From: Flavobacteriaceae bacterium
GTDB lineage: Bacteria > Bacteroidota > Bacteroidia > Flavobacteriales > Flavobacteriaceae
Length of the DNA: 64,000 nucleotides
NCBI GenBank assembly: GCA_965250265.1
Contig: CBDFNO010000012.1
Span: 456,582-520,581 of the forward strand
Direction: 5' to 3'
Of this stretch, positions 9,648-20,800 are shown in pieces. A program made the translations under genes and the position numbers. The notes beneath the pieces are model-generated. The model made no database searches. It saw only the letters and a program-made list of their open reading frames with translations, and had not been told where the DNA came from. Position 1 is the stretch's first letter, and every line of letters starts with the position of its first letter.

Positions 9648-11339
9648 CTATATTCTTTCGTTTATATATGCAACAATTTCGTTTTCTAATTCAATAGTTT
9701 TATCAAAAGTTACCTTTGCTCGATTTAAAATGTCATCTGCAAATGCTCGGTCTTTAATATCTTTTGCATTTATACGCACATTAAAATACGCACCGTAAAC
9801 TGCTGTTCGTGCACACAACGCTCCTACTCCTGCATCAGATAATGAATTTTGGAGTCCAATTTTTGCCATAGCCAGCATAACTTCCATAGAATTACAAGAT
9901 GTCTCCATAACCAACAAAGGAACTTCTGTAGCGTATATAGTAGCAGCCTCTATAGCTTTTGCTCTTTCCGCCTTTTCTTTATCATTAGATTTTGGCATCC
10001 TAAATCCATCAATAATTTTATTAAAAGCATTTGTGTCTTCATCTACCAAGGCCAATAATTTATTTTTATATGCCTGTCCTTTTTCTGCCCAAATAGAAAA
10101 CTCTTCCCATCTATCATCCCAACCTGCTTTATGAGCCGAAAGGTTAGCAACCATTGTTCCTAAAGAAACACCCAATACACCAACATAAGCTGAAATGGAG
10201 CCACCACCTGGAGCCATCGATTCTCCGGCAGTTTCTTCGGCAAAATATACAAGAGATAAATCAATTAATTGTTTTGTTTTAGATTTTAACACATATTCTA
10301 TTATTTTTTCATTTGGATTAAACGGTTTTAAATCGTCCAGCCCTAAAGACTTAACAGCGATTTTAATTTTCTCAGCTTCAGATATTCCAAGTGACCGTTG
10401 TTGCTTTTTTAAATAAAAATCACCTGCATCTAACATGGCTTTAAGTGGAATCAACCCAATAAGTTCTGAGCCTGTTACATGTAAACCTCTTTTATCTGCC
10501 GATTTACAGGTTTCGTCAAAAGCAACATGCATTGAAGTAATACTAATATTTGTAAGGTTATAAGAAATTTGCGCAATGCCATATTCTTCAATATACCAAC
10601 CAATACCTTTTACAGCTTTTAGTTTTCCCGGAATTCTAACGGGTGATCCATTTGCATCCAAAACCTTTTTTCCAGTAATAGGATTTCCTTCACGTTTTAC
10701 ACGTCCGCCTTCTCGAATATCGAAGGCTATCGAATTTGCGCGTCGAGTAGAAGTAGAATTCAAATTTATATTATAAGCCACTAAAAAATCTCTTGCTGAA
10801 ATTGCAGTTGCTCCTGTTCTTGAAACTTTGTCGTTAAACTGGGCTGGTCCGAAATCAGGTTTCCATTCAGTATCTGATAATTTTTTCTTTAGTCCTTCGT
10901 ATTCTCCAGCTCGACAATTAGCTAAATTTATGCGCTTCTCTTCTTGAGCAGCTTCTTCATATAAATACACAGGAATCTCCAGCTCGTCTCCTACTCTTTT
11001 CCCTAGTTCTTTTGCATACGTTGCTGTTTCCTGTAGAGTAATCCCAGAAATAGGCACAAGTGGACAAACATCTGTAACGCCAAAGCGAGGATGCTCACCT
11101 CTATGTTTACTCATATCTATAAGTTGTGATGCCTTTTGAATGAGTAAAAAAGCCGCTTTAATAACTTGTTTTGGTTCGCCAACAAACGTGATTACAGTTC
11201 GGTTGGTTGCACTTCCTGGATCAATATCCAATAATTTAATACCTTCAACAGTTTCAACAATACTTGCGATTTCGTTTATTTTATCAATGTCACGACCTTC
11301 GCTTATATTAGGCACACATTCTATAAGTTGCTTTTGCAT
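9648..11339 (-). CDS. ftcD: Fused glutamate formimidoyltransferase / formimidoyl-THF cyclodeaminase
   Basis: 563 aa. The N-terminus LIECVPNISEGRD is the formiminotransferase signature. The C-terminal 200 aa or so are helical and cyclodeaminase-like (APGGGSISAYVG). Confidence 0.85.
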   Translation of the reverse strand: MQKQLIECVPNISEGRDIDKINEIASIVETVEGIKLLDIDPGSATNRTVITFVGEPKQVIKAAFLLIQKASQLIDMSKHRGEHPRFGVTDVCPLVPISGITLQETATYAKELGKRVGDELEIPVYLYEEAAQEEKRINLANCRAGEYEGLKKKLSDTEWKPDFGPAQFNDKVSRTGATAISARDFLVAYNINLNSTSTRRANSIAFDIREGGRVKREGNPITGKKVLDANGSPVRIPGKLKAVKGIGWYIEEYGIAQISYNLTNISITSMHVAFDETCKSADKRGLHVTGSELIGLIPLKAMLDAGDFYLKKQQRSLGISEAEKIKIAVKSLGLDDLKPFNPNEKIIEYVLKSKTKQLIDLSLVYFAEETAGESMAPGGGSISAYVGVLGVSLGTMVANLSAHKAGWDDRWEEFSIWAEKGQAYKNKLLALVDEDTNAFNKIIDGFRMPKSNDKEKAERAKAIEAATIYATEVPLLVMETSCNSMEVMLAMAKIGLQNSLSDAGVGALCARTAVYGAYFNVRINAKDIKDRAFADDILNRAKVTFDKTIELENEIVAYINERI

Positions 11340-11440
11340 ATTACATAATTATTTTGCTGGAATTTAATTTGTTTTAATTCGAATCAAATATACATATTCA
11401 AGCGAATTGTAAGTGCAGAAAATAAATAAAAAAAGATAAA

Positions 11441-12517
11441 TTAATTCACTTTAAACTGAAGCTTTTTTGCTTCAGAACTATCATTATCAATCTTTTTATT
11501 TAAATCATTATCGAACAGTCGATTCAAATTATTCCCTGCTAGATCTTCCAGGCGAGAGGCTATAATAAGGGTATAATCACCCTTTTCAAAAGGAGTATTC
11601 GGCTTGAAATTTATGATTTTTTCGTTTTTGAATATATAATATTCTCCATCTATATCGACTCCATTTGAATCCTGAATATTGAAGGCTTCAAGCGCCAATA
11701 TAGCATCCATAGGTTCTTTAAAATTAATGGTAAGTAACTGCTGTGTAGCATTTAGATTCCACTCATCTACAATTGGTTTGTGACTATCACGGTCAGTAAC
11801 CCTGAATATTTTTTCATAGGAATGATCCAATGTATTACTATCGGCATCTTTCCAATTGCCATCAACAGTTAGCGTGTATTCATTATCTTTTAATATGGGC
11901 AGTCCTTTTTCTTTATTCGGAATCAGATCCGTTTTAATTCGTCCCGGATCCAACCATAAGGTCAGACGCGTATGTTCTGTATTCCATAATTCCGTTTCCA
12001 AATTTAAAAAAACATCTACTTTTTCATTTGTAGTATTATTAGTAACCGATATAAAATCTAGAGATGATCGAACTTCTTGCATAGGTTTGGAAAACAGAAA
12101 ATACATTTTTAATAAATTCTCAGGAACCGCATCCGAAGTAGGATAGATTACCACAAGTTCAGGGCTAGTATTATTGGTGCTTTCTATTACTGAAAAATTA
12201 GAAACTTGTTTGCCTTTATTGAATAACAAATAACTATGCCCATCTGAAAAAGGAATTACGGGCTTAAAAAAATAAATACTATTCTTCAAAGTTAAAGTAC
12301 CTAAAACTGGAGTTTCACTATTACCTTCTAAATACACTTTTGCATCACTTGAAGCTATTTTTGAAGAAAAAGAGACCCCAACTGCTTTCTCAGCCTCATA
12401 GATAACATTGATTTCGTTTAGATTTAAATCCTTATTACAGCTTATAGATACAGATAAAACACAAAAAAAGACCAAGAGAAACTTGGTCTTTTTTTTATAT
12501 AATTTTAATATAATCAT
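11441..12517 (-). CDS. Hypothetical lipoprotein, Ig-like/beta-rich
   Basis: 358 aa with a lipoprotein-type signal (VLSVSISC). It overlaps the upstream ORF by 4 nt, which suggests an operon. I recognise no family. Confidence 0.55.
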   Translation of the reverse strand: MIILKLYKKKTKFLLVFFCVLSVSISCNKDLNLNEINVIYEAEKAVGVSFSSKIASSDAKVYLEGNSETPVLGTLTLKNSIYFFKPVIPFSDGHSYLLFNKGKQVSNFSVIESTNNTSPELVVIYPTSDAVPENLLKMYFLFSKPMQEVRSSLDFISVTNNTTNEKVDVFLNLETELWNTEHTRLTLWLDPGRIKTDLIPNKEKGLPILKDNEYTLTVDGNWKDADSNTLDHSYEKIFRVTDRDSHKPIVDEWNLNATQQLLTINFKEPMDAILALEAFNIQDSNGVDIDGEYYIFKNEKIINFKPNTPFEKGDYTLIIASRLEDLAGNNLNRLFDNDLNKKIDNDSSEAKKLQFKVN

Positions 12518-13626
12518 AGTCTAGCAGTAGAACCGCTTCTTAGTATCAATTTACCTCCTGAGGTACGTTGCATAAAAACAACGTTAGTGGCATCCAAATT
12601 ATCCATTTGTAATACGTTAACCAAAGGCAAGGACACATATGGGACGCCATCGGTTCCATATCCATCAACCGGTTTGATTAAAGATTCTTTAAAATTGACA
12701 ATTGCATCATAATTAATAATCATTAAAGAACGATTGGTATTAGACATCAAAAAATATGGCTTCCCTTCCCTTACAAAGGTAATCATATCTAACGGAGAAT
12801 TTCCAGAACCCAACTCGGCGACAGTTCTTCCCTTTACATGTGTTCCACCCTTCAATTCATCCATAGGAAATAAAACTAAAGGTGTGCATGTATAACTGGC
12901 CATTAAATAATCCTTATCCTGGATGCTAATGATATCGAATGTTTTAATTGGTGATAAAGTTTCATATCGTCCATGAGCCGCATGATATATCTCTAAGGAG
13001 GCATACTCCTGAGAATCATTGAAAGGAAATGGAATACTTCTGAACGTAGAACTAAATTCCTCATTAGATAATCCGGTAACCATCACATTCCCATCATGGT
13101 ATTTAAGATCAGAAATGGCCCAAGTACGTTGAGAACGTCCTCTTCTATCCTTCGCTTCTGCAGAAATTGGATTTTTTAATCCTATTTTTGAATAACTAAT
13201 ATTTTTTAAGGATACATTTTCTAAAGTTTCACCATTCAATTTTAATACTACTGGTGTTCCATCTCCTACATTCACTGAAAAATAAACATTTTTGGAAGCT
13301 GGATTCACAGCCATATCTGTAACTTTAATATTATCCACCGCTGTACCTAGTGAAGCAGCGATCTTAATATCAAAATCCTGAATATTAATTTTTTCGGCCT
13401 TTTCATTTACGGTTACATCTTTAGTATCCAACGCATATATGGCTGCGTTTTTAGAATCTCCGATAAATAACACACCTTCTGGACCAAAACTAAGTGCATT
13501 TATAGAGGCAATTTCAGTATCTCCAACAACAAAATTTGCAGTGAGGTTACTTTCTTTTTTACTAACGGCAGCAATGGTTATATACGCCATTCCACATATA
13601 ACTATGCCAAAGAAAAGTTTTTTCAT
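12514..13626 (-). CDS. Hypothetical secreted protein, beta-rich
   Basis: 370 aa with an N-terminal signal/anchor. It is translationally coupled to the downstream lipoprotein ORF. Confidence 0.55.
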   Translation of the reverse strand: MKKLFFGIVICGMAYITIAAVSKKESNLTANFVVGDTEIASINALSFGPEGVLFIGDSKNAAIYALDTKDVTVNEKAEKINIQDFDIKIAASLGTAVDNIKVTDMAVNPASKNVYFSVNVGDGTPVVLKLNGETLENVSLKNISYSKIGLKNPISAEAKDRRGRSQRTWAISDLKYHDGNVMVTGLSNEEFSSTFRSIPFPFNDSQEYASLEIYHAAHGRYETLSPIKTFDIISIQDKDYLMASYTCTPLVLFPMDELKGGTHVKGRTVAELGSGNSPLDMITFVREGKPYFLMSNTNRSLMIINYDAIVNFKESLIKPVDGYGTDGVPYVSLPLVNVLQMDNLDATNVVFMQRTSGGKLILRSGSTARL

Positions 13627-13740
13627 CTTCTTGATTTTTTATGGTTAATTAAATTTATGAACATTTCATATAAAAATATACTTTATTAACTTACAACCAG
13701 TATGTTAAATTGTAATTAACTATAATTTAACATCATAAAC

Positions 13741-14628
13741 TCAAAGCAGCTTTTGTTGGCTATTTCCGTTTGGAATGGTTAAACTATAACCTAACTCTTT
13801 ATTTAATTGTTTTATAAAATATGCAGAAAGTAAAGGCGATTCTTTTTCAATATTTTGATGTACAAAAAAGTCGATTTCTTTAATGCCTTGTTCTTTCCAG
13901 GTTTTTAATCTTTCAATCCAGTCATCTAATCTTGAATAATCACTTTTATGATTCGAACCAACATACCTAATAAAGGCGGTGGCATTTGTTAATCGCATAT
14001 GCATTAAGTCACGTCTTCCTGCTGTATCTACCATAACATTTGAAATATTATTTTCATCCAAAAGACTGTATAATTCAGCTGCGACCGAAGTATCATTATA
14101 CCAATTGGTGTGCCTAAACTCAATGGCAAGTGGAATTTCTTTTGGCCAGGATTCAGCAAAAGTCACTACCCTATTAAAGTCTTTTGGTGCAAAATTACTG
14201 TGCATTTGTAAAAACAGAGTGCCTAATTTTTCTTTTAAATTAGAAGCGTTATATAAATAGTTTTCTACTACATCCTGTACTTCATTTAATCGCTTCCAAT
14301 GGCTAATTTCTTGGTTGAGTTTTGGAAAAAATTTAAATCCTTCAGGCGTTTTATCATACCAGGTCGAAAACTGTTCAGCAGGAAAAATTCTGTAAAATGT
14401 TGCGTTTAACTCAATAGAATTAAACTGTGACGAATAATATCCTAATTCATCTTTGGTTCCTCTAGGATAGAAGCCTTTAAGGTCTGCCCTATTCCATTTT
14501 GCACAACCAACATAAACTTCGGGTATATTATCATCTTTATAGGCATTTAAAACATTAACAGTATCTTGATGATCTGGTGGTAAGGTAAAGTCAATATTTC
14601 CCGGGTCATCGACACTTCCAAATTTCAT
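13741..14628 (-). CDS. DUF72 (YecE-like) family protein
   Basis: 295 aa. YVGCAKWNR...FNSIELNATFYRIF...TPEGFKFFPKL matches the DUF72 pattern. Confidence 0.8.
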   Translation of the reverse strand: MKFGSVDDPGNIDFTLPPDHQDTVNVLNAYKDDNIPEVYVGCAKWNRADLKGFYPRGTKDELGYYSSQFNSIELNATFYRIFPAEQFSTWYDKTPEGFKFFPKLNQEISHWKRLNEVQDVVENYLYNASNLKEKLGTLFLQMHSNFAPKDFNRVVTFAESWPKEIPLAIEFRHTNWYNDTSVAAELYSLLDENNISNVMVDTAGRRDLMHMRLTNATAFIRYVGSNHKSDYSRLDDWIERLKTWKEQGIKEIDFFVHQNIEKESPLLSAYFIKQLNKELGYSLTIPNGNSQQKLL

Positions 14629-14754
14629 CTTTCTTGTTTTTGGTAAAGATACATAATCAATTGTTCAAGCTAAAAATGTTAAAAAATATAATATATGTAA
14701 CTTTTTTGTAACTTGAGAGTCAAACAGATATCAATCAAAACTCAAACTAAAAAT

Positions 14755-15528
14755 ATGAAAATTTTAAAGCTATTAGCTCTTGGGCTAACATTATGCTTTG
14801 TGTCTACATTAAATGCACAAACAACAGAAGAAATTATTGACAATTACATCGAAAATATTGGCGGCCAGGAAGCATGGTCTAAAATAAATTCGATGACAGT
14901 TACTGGTGTTGGACGACAACAAGGAGTCGACTATCCATTTGTAGCCACCTTTATGAAAGACGGCAGAACTGTTATTAATGTTGACCTGCAAGGAACATCA
15001 TTTATTGTTGAAGCTTTTGATGGCGAGAATGCATGGTCTATGAATTTTCAAACCCAAAAAGCAGAAGCTTCCGATTCTGAAGCTTCTTCAAATTATAAAA
15101 ATGATGCCAAAGACAATATTCCCGATGCTTTTTTTAATTACAAAGAAAAAGGCTATAAGGTAGAATTAGTTGGTAAAGAAGATTTTGAAGGTACGGAATG
15201 CTTTAAAATTAAATTAACCAAATCACCAGTTCTTGTAGATGGTAAAGAGGAAGATAATATAGATATTTATTATTTTGACACAGAGAACTTCGTACCAATT
15301 GCCGTTGAGTCTGTTGTAAAATCCGGACCTGCTAAAGGTGCAACTTCACAAACCCTTATTAGCGACTACCAAGAAGTTGAAGGGCTTTATATTGCCTTTT
15401 CACAAATTGAAAAATTTAATGGACAAATAGGTTTAGAAATGGTCTTTGAAAAAGTATTGTTCAATGCCGAAGTAGACGAAAATATCTTTAAAATGCCTGT
15501 TGAAACTATCGAAACTAAAAAAAATTAG
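14755..15528 (+). CDS. LolA-like / outer-membrane lipoprotein-sorting-like secreted protein (paralog 1)
   Basis: It has a signal peptide ending NAQ. The ATG at 14755 is preferred over the TTG at 14713. It is clearly paralogous to 15633-16415. Confidence 0.6.
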   Translation: MKILKLLALGLTLCFVSTLNAQTTEEIIDNYIENIGGQEAWSKINSMTVTGVGRQQGVDYPFVATFMKDGRTVINVDLQGTSFIVEAFDGENAWSMNFQTQKAEASDSEASSNYKNDAKDNIPDAFFNYKEKGYKVELVGKEDFEGTECFKIKLTKSPVLVDGKEEDNIDIYYFDTENFVPIAVESVVKSGPAKGATSQTLISDYQEVEGLYIAFSQIEKFNGQIGLEMVFEKVLFNAEVDENIFKMPVETIETKKN

Positions 15529-15632
15529 TTTAATTATTTTGATGTTAATGTTAATAAAAATTTAATTTTTAATAGTAACATTTTGGTACTTTGCAAGACA
15601 AACAAAAAACAATAACACTTTAATAAAAATTT

Positions 15633-16415
15633 ATGAAATCATTAAAATTATTACTAGTAGCATTAATCGTGAGCGTTTCTACACAAATTAATGCACAAAC
15701 TGCTGATGAAATTTTAGCAAACTACTTCGAGAATATTGGAGGGCTCGAAAATTTAAAAAAAGTTGAAGGTCTTAAAATGATTGCTAAAATTAATCAGCAA
15801 GGCATGGAAATTCCTCTTGAGATTATCAGTTTAAAGAACGGTAAACAAATGACTGTAATTAACCTTCAAGGTAAAGTATTTAAACAGGGTGTTTTTAACG
15901 GAGAAGTTTTATGGGGTACTAATTTTATGACTCAAAAAGCTGAAAAAAGCGATGCAGAGTCAACTGCTAACATGAAATTGAATGCTAATGATTTTCCTGA
16001 TGCTTTTATAGATTATAAAGAAAAAGGGTATGCTGTCGAATTATTAGGCAATGAGACTATTGATGGTGCAGAAACTTTCAAAATTAAATTAACAAAAGAA
16101 CCTATTACTGTCGATGGTAAGGAAGAAGCTGACGTGAGCTTTTACTTTTTCGATGTTGATAATTTTGTCCCTATTGCAGTTCAATCTGAAATAAAATCTG
16201 GTCAAGGTAAAGGGATGACTTCAGAAATTACATTTAGCGATTATCAGGAAGTGAATGGTTTATATTTTCCATTTTCAATGACTCAAGGTGTGAAAGGACA
16301 ACCTGGAGCGCCAATTACAATGTCTTCAATTGAGCTTAATCCTGAAGTAGATGATAAAGAGTTTGAGTTTCCAGAAGAAACTGCATCTGAAACTAAAGAC
16401 GACAATAAAAATTAA
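15633..16415 (+). CDS. LolA-like secreted protein (paralog 2)
   Basis: 260 aa, colinear with the upstream paralog (QT.EI..NY.ENIGG, ECFKIKLTK / ETFKIKLTK, NFVPIAV). Confidence 0.6.
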   Translation: MKSLKLLLVALIVSVSTQINAQTADEILANYFENIGGLENLKKVEGLKMIAKINQQGMEIPLEIISLKNGKQMTVINLQGKVFKQGVFNGEVLWGTNFMTQKAEKSDAESTANMKLNANDFPDAFIDYKEKGYAVELLGNETIDGAETFKIKLTKEPITVDGKEEADVSFYFFDVDNFVPIAVQSEIKSGQGKGMTSEITFSDYQEVNGLYFPFSMTQGVKGQPGAPITMSSIELNPEVDDKEFEFPEETASETKDDNKN

Positions 16416-16423
16416 TATTCTTT

Positions 16424-16458
16424 AAATCCTCAATATTTTGATATTGAGGATTTTTTTT
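16424..16458 (+). terminator. Rho-independent terminator
   Basis: AAATCCTCAATAT-tttg-ATATTGAGGATTT, followed by a T-run. Confidence 0.75.
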
Positions 16459-16485
16459 AATAATCAACTAAATTCCAATCAAAAA

Positions 16486-19400
16486 ATGAAAAAATTACTA
16501 TTCACAATCTTTTTGAGTATTTGGCTATTTCCTACTAATACAAATGCGCAAACTACCAGTATAAATGCAAAAAATTTATTTGGAGACTTAAGAGCTCGTC
16601 ACATTGGTCCTGCGTTAATGAGTGGTAGAATTAATGACATGGAAGTTCACCCAACAAACCCAAGAATTATTTATGCTGGAACTGCTGGAGGTGGAGTTTG
16701 GAAATCTAACAATGCAGGAACAACGTTCAACCCAATATTTGATGATTATTGCCAATCGATAGGTGCTGTTGCAGTTGATCCAAATGATCCTGACAATGTG
16801 ATATACGTTGGAACTGGAGAAACTTGGCCACGAAATAGTGTATCTATTGGTGATGGTTTGTATAAATCTACAGATGGAGGTACAACATGGAATAAACTAG
16901 ATGGTTTTGATAAATCGGAACGTATTGCTAATATAGTAATCAACCCAGAAAATTCAAATGAAGTATATGTTGCAGTTTTAGGAGCACTTTGGTCCGATAG
17001 TGAAGTTAGAGGCGTTTACAAATCTTTAGATGCTGGTGCAACTTGGAATAGAATTTTATATGTTGATGAAAGAACTGGTTGTGCAGATTTTACAATGGAT
17101 CCAAATGATCCGAATACATTATATGCATCCATGTGGGAATTTAGAAGAACGGGCTGGTCTTTTGAATCTGGAGGAGACAAAAGTGCACTTTATAAGTCAA
17201 CAGATGCCGGAGTAACCTGGAACAAAATCCACAATGGTTTCCCAGATGGTAAATTAGGACGTTTGGCCATTGCTGTAGCACCTTCAGATTCTAACATACT
17301 CTATACAGTTATTGAAGCTGAAGAAGATTTAAGAAAAGGACTTTATAGAAGTGACGATGCAGGACAAAGCTGGAAACAATTGAATAATGATTTTGGTATT
17401 ACTGTGAGACCTTTCTATTTTTCACGTATTGTAGTAGATCCTAGAAATCCAGATATCGTTGTAAAAGCAGGATTAAGTGGTTCCATCTCTCGAGATGGTG
17501 GAAAAACCTTTAAAGGATTAGGAAACATGCATGGTGATATTCATGATATTGTTTTTGATATTAATGATTCTGACAGAATGTATGTAGGAACAGATGGTGG
17601 TGTTTATCGTTCTTGGAACGGAGGTACAACGATGGAAATTGTAGAAAACCTTCCATTATCACAATTCTATCATGTTAGTGTAGACAATGAAGAACCTTAT
17701 AATGTTTATGGAGGATTGCAAGATAATGGTTCCTGGTATGGACCTTCATCTTCTCCTAGTGGTATAAATGCAAGTGATTGGAATTCTGTAGGAGGTGGTG
17801 ACGGCTTTAGAGTATTAAAACATCCAACAAAAAACATTATTTATTCAGAAATGCAAGGCGCCGAAAATGTATGGCGTTATGATGTAACTAATAAACTAAT
17901 AAAAACTATACAACCATTACCTCAAAAAGGAAATCCTAAATTGCGTTTTAACTGGAATGGCCCTATGGCTGTTAGTGCACATCAGCCCGACAGATTTTAT
18001 ATGGGAAGTCAGTTTGTTCATAAATCTGAAGATATGGGAGATACTTGGACTATTATTTCTCCAGATCTAACTACTAATGATAAGAGTAAACAACAGCAAG
18101 AAGATTCTGGAGGACTATCTATGGATAACTCTGGTGCTGAAAATCACACTACCATTTTTACAATTGCTGAATCATCTTTAGACGAAAATATAATTTGGGT
18201 TGGTACAGATGATGGTAATGTGCAAATAACTACAAATGGAGGTAAAAACTGGACAAATACTACTATGAATATTTCTGGGTTACCAGCAAATACTTGGGTG
18301 TATCATATAGAAGCTAGTGTTCATGATAAAGGAACAGCATATGCTGTGTTTGATGGTCATACTAAAGGAGATATGAACCCTTATGCATATAAGACTTCTG
18401 ATTATGGAAAAACATGGACAAACATTATTAGTGATGATGTGGTTGGATTTGCAAGAAATATTCAAGAGGATTATGTAAATCCTAACTTATTGTTTTTAGG
18501 AACTGAGTTTGGATTATATATCACTTTAGATGGAGGTATAAGCTGGAGCAAATTCACTAAAAATATGCCTTCGGTAGCTGTTCACTTTATTGATTTGCAA
18601 AAACGTACTAATGATCTGGTAATGGGAACGCATGGACGCGGTGTGATAATTATTGATGATATTTCTCCTCTACGAAGTATTACACCTGAAATATTGTCCA
18701 AAAAAATTCACTTTTTTGATGCAAAGCCTGCTACAATGGTAGATCAAGGTGGTTTTGGCACTCGTGGTGGTGAAACCGAATTTGTAGGAAGAAATCCCTC
18801 AAGAGCGGCTCAAATTAAATATTTACTTCCTAAACGACATACCTTTGGAAAAATGACATTAGAAATTCAGGATATGGATGGTAACAAGATTGCTTCTTTA
18901 GGTCCTGGAAAATCTAAAGGAATTAACATAGTAAATTGGAATTACACTATAAAGCAACCAAAAGTAGCTAAAGGAAAAACGTTTAGTTTTGGTGGCTTTA
19001 CTTCTCCAAGAGTAAAAGCTGGGAAGTATAAAGCTGTAATAACTAAAGGAAAAGAAACTATTCGAACATGTTTTTGAAGTTGCTTACGATAAGCATTCAA
19101 ATTTATCAGATCAAGAAAGAGATCTTAAGCATAATACTACAATGAAAATGTATGATATGACTCAAGAACTAGCATATATGGTTTATGAACTCGATGCAAT
19201 TTTAGAGGCTTCAAAGGATAAAAAGAAATTAGCGTCTGCATTAAATACGCTTAAAGAAACCTTAGTTATTACAACTGGTGATAATTATGTAAGTTCGGCA
19301 GAACCACAATTGAGAGAAAAAATGGCTGATTTATATAGCAAAATTGCTGGAAGTTATGATAAGCCTTCGGGTGCTGAGCTTGAAAACCTAAGCATCATTG

Positions 19401-19504
19401 AAGAGCGCTTTAATAATGCAAGAACAGATTTTGCAAAACTTAAAAAGAAAGTAAAGACTGATGATTTACATCTCAAAACTTTTGATGAGTTTATAAGTGA
19501 GTAA
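16486..19504 (+). pseudogene. BNR/Asp-box, sortilin(VPS10)-like secreted protein, interrupted by one frameshift
   Basis: At least nine Asp-box motifs (STDGGTTW, SLDAGATW, STDAGVTW, SDDAGQSW, SEDMGDTW, TSDYGKTW and others). The frame changes between 19043 and 19075, and the 19142-19504 ORF continues the same protein (FEHVFEVAYD...). The signal-peptide ATG is at 16486. Confidence 0.65.
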
Positions 19505-19532
19505 TTTGTAATAAGTAAATTCTTAAAAAAAA

Positions 19533-19572
19533 CAATCTCCCAATAGCATAACTTCTGGGAGATTGCTTTTTT
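19533..19572 (+). terminator. Rho-independent terminator
   Basis: CAATCTCCCA-(13 nt)-TGGGAGATTG, followed by CTTTTTT. Confidence 0.7.
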
Positions 19573-19659
19573 ATTGTTAATAACATCGTTAACAATAATA
19601 CACTCTTCGTTTTATTCAATCTATAGGATTCCATATTTTTAATAAAAATCTTCACTATC

Positions 19660-20079
19660 ATGACCACAAGAAATCTTGATCTAAAAAAAATTCGTCCAGA
19701 TTTTATGACAACGACCATAAATAATGAGATGAGTACAGAAGAACGCTTTCAAAATTTAGTTTTGAGACCAATAATTAAGTTGCAAAAACATTTATTTATT
19801 GAAGTTTTTAAAAATTATATTAAGAAGCATAAGAGCGTTTTTTATGAACTGTCTATTGATAAGCGCACAGATTATATCGAAAATGCTGTTCAGAAAGACA
19901 TGAAATTCAGGAACGGTATTAAAGGCATGATTATAGGCTTGTTCACTGTTGAAGAATATAAACTCTATATTCTTAATTCTTCAGCAATAAACAAACGTAT
20001 GATGAGTATTGTAAAAGAGTCTCTTATTGGTAATATTCAGCTATTAGAGGGTTCAATTAGCTATTCTAAAGTAGTTTAA
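19660..20079 (+). CDS. Hypothetical protein
   Basis: 139-aa ORF with no overlap and coding-like composition. No motif recognised. Confidence 0.45.
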   Translation: MTTRNLDLKKIRPDFMTTTINNEMSTEERFQNLVLRPIIKLQKHLFIEVFKNYIKKHKSVFYELSIDKRTDYIENAVQKDMKFRNGIKGMIIGLFTVEEYKLYILNSSAINKRMMSIVKESLIGNIQLLEGSISYSKVV

Positions 20080-20083
20080 ATTG

Positions 20084-20782
20084 TTATAAAATAGATTCAC
20101 CATTTAAGTTTGTTGTAAGCACTTCGCTCATATAATTAAAATATGGACGAATGGCTTTAAAAGAATTGTCAACTTCCTTTAAGAAATCTACTGAAGTAAC
20201 TTCCTTATCTGTATATTTTTTGGTGAAGATGTATTGCTTTTTCTTGATTAAATCTATTGCTGAATGATCTTTGTCAAAATCTCTAGGAGCAGTTTTTAAT
20301 TCATCACCAATGAGGTTTCCCCAAGTGGCTTTAAATTTTTTATTGGATATAATTTTTCTAATTTCCTGGTCATCCATTTCGAACTCTTTTCTTATCCTGT
20401 ATAAATCATCCTTATTAGGTTCCCAAAATCCAGTAGCTAAAAAAGATTGGTTATTTGGTGCAAGATGTAAATAATATCCACCTCTTAATTTTGGCTTAGT
20501 TCTGTGAAAAGAGCCACCAAAATGTGTTTTATAGGGCGTCTTATCTTTAGAGAATCGAACATCACGATAAATACGAAATATCTTGAGTTTGTCAACATCG
20601 TCATGAGACTTAATGTTTTCAAAAATGGCGTTATAAATTTTCTTTACTTCAGCTTCAATGGTTTTGAATTCTTTTTTATGGTCATTAAACCAATCACGAT
20701 TATTGTTCTTTTCTAAACGTTTAAAAAAGTCTAAAGCTTCTTTAGGAATTGTATTATTCATACCAATTATTATTTTGTTCAA
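20084..20782 (-). CDS. DUF2461 (TIGR02453-type) family protein
   Basis: 232 aa. NNNRDWF..HK.EF and IYRDVRFSKDKTPYKTHF match the pattern of this family. Confidence 0.7.
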   Translation of the reverse strand: MNKIIIGMNNTIPKEALDFFKRLEKNNNRDWFNDHKKEFKTIEAEVKKIYNAIFENIKSHDDVDKLKIFRIYRDVRFSKDKTPYKTHFGGSFHRTKPKLRGGYYLHLAPNNQSFLATGFWEPNKDDLYRIRKEFEMDDQEIRKIISNKKFKATWGNLIGDELKTAPRDFDKDHSAIDLIKKKQYIFTKKYTDKEVTSVDFLKEVDNSFKAIRPYFNYMSEVLTTNLNGESIL

Positions 20783-20800
20783 ATTACAAAAAGTCGAACA

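Noticed and set aside
19491-19718. 75-aa minus-strand ORF
   Set aside because: It spans a plus-strand terminator and intergenic DNA and overlaps the start of the 19660 ORF. There are no supporting features.
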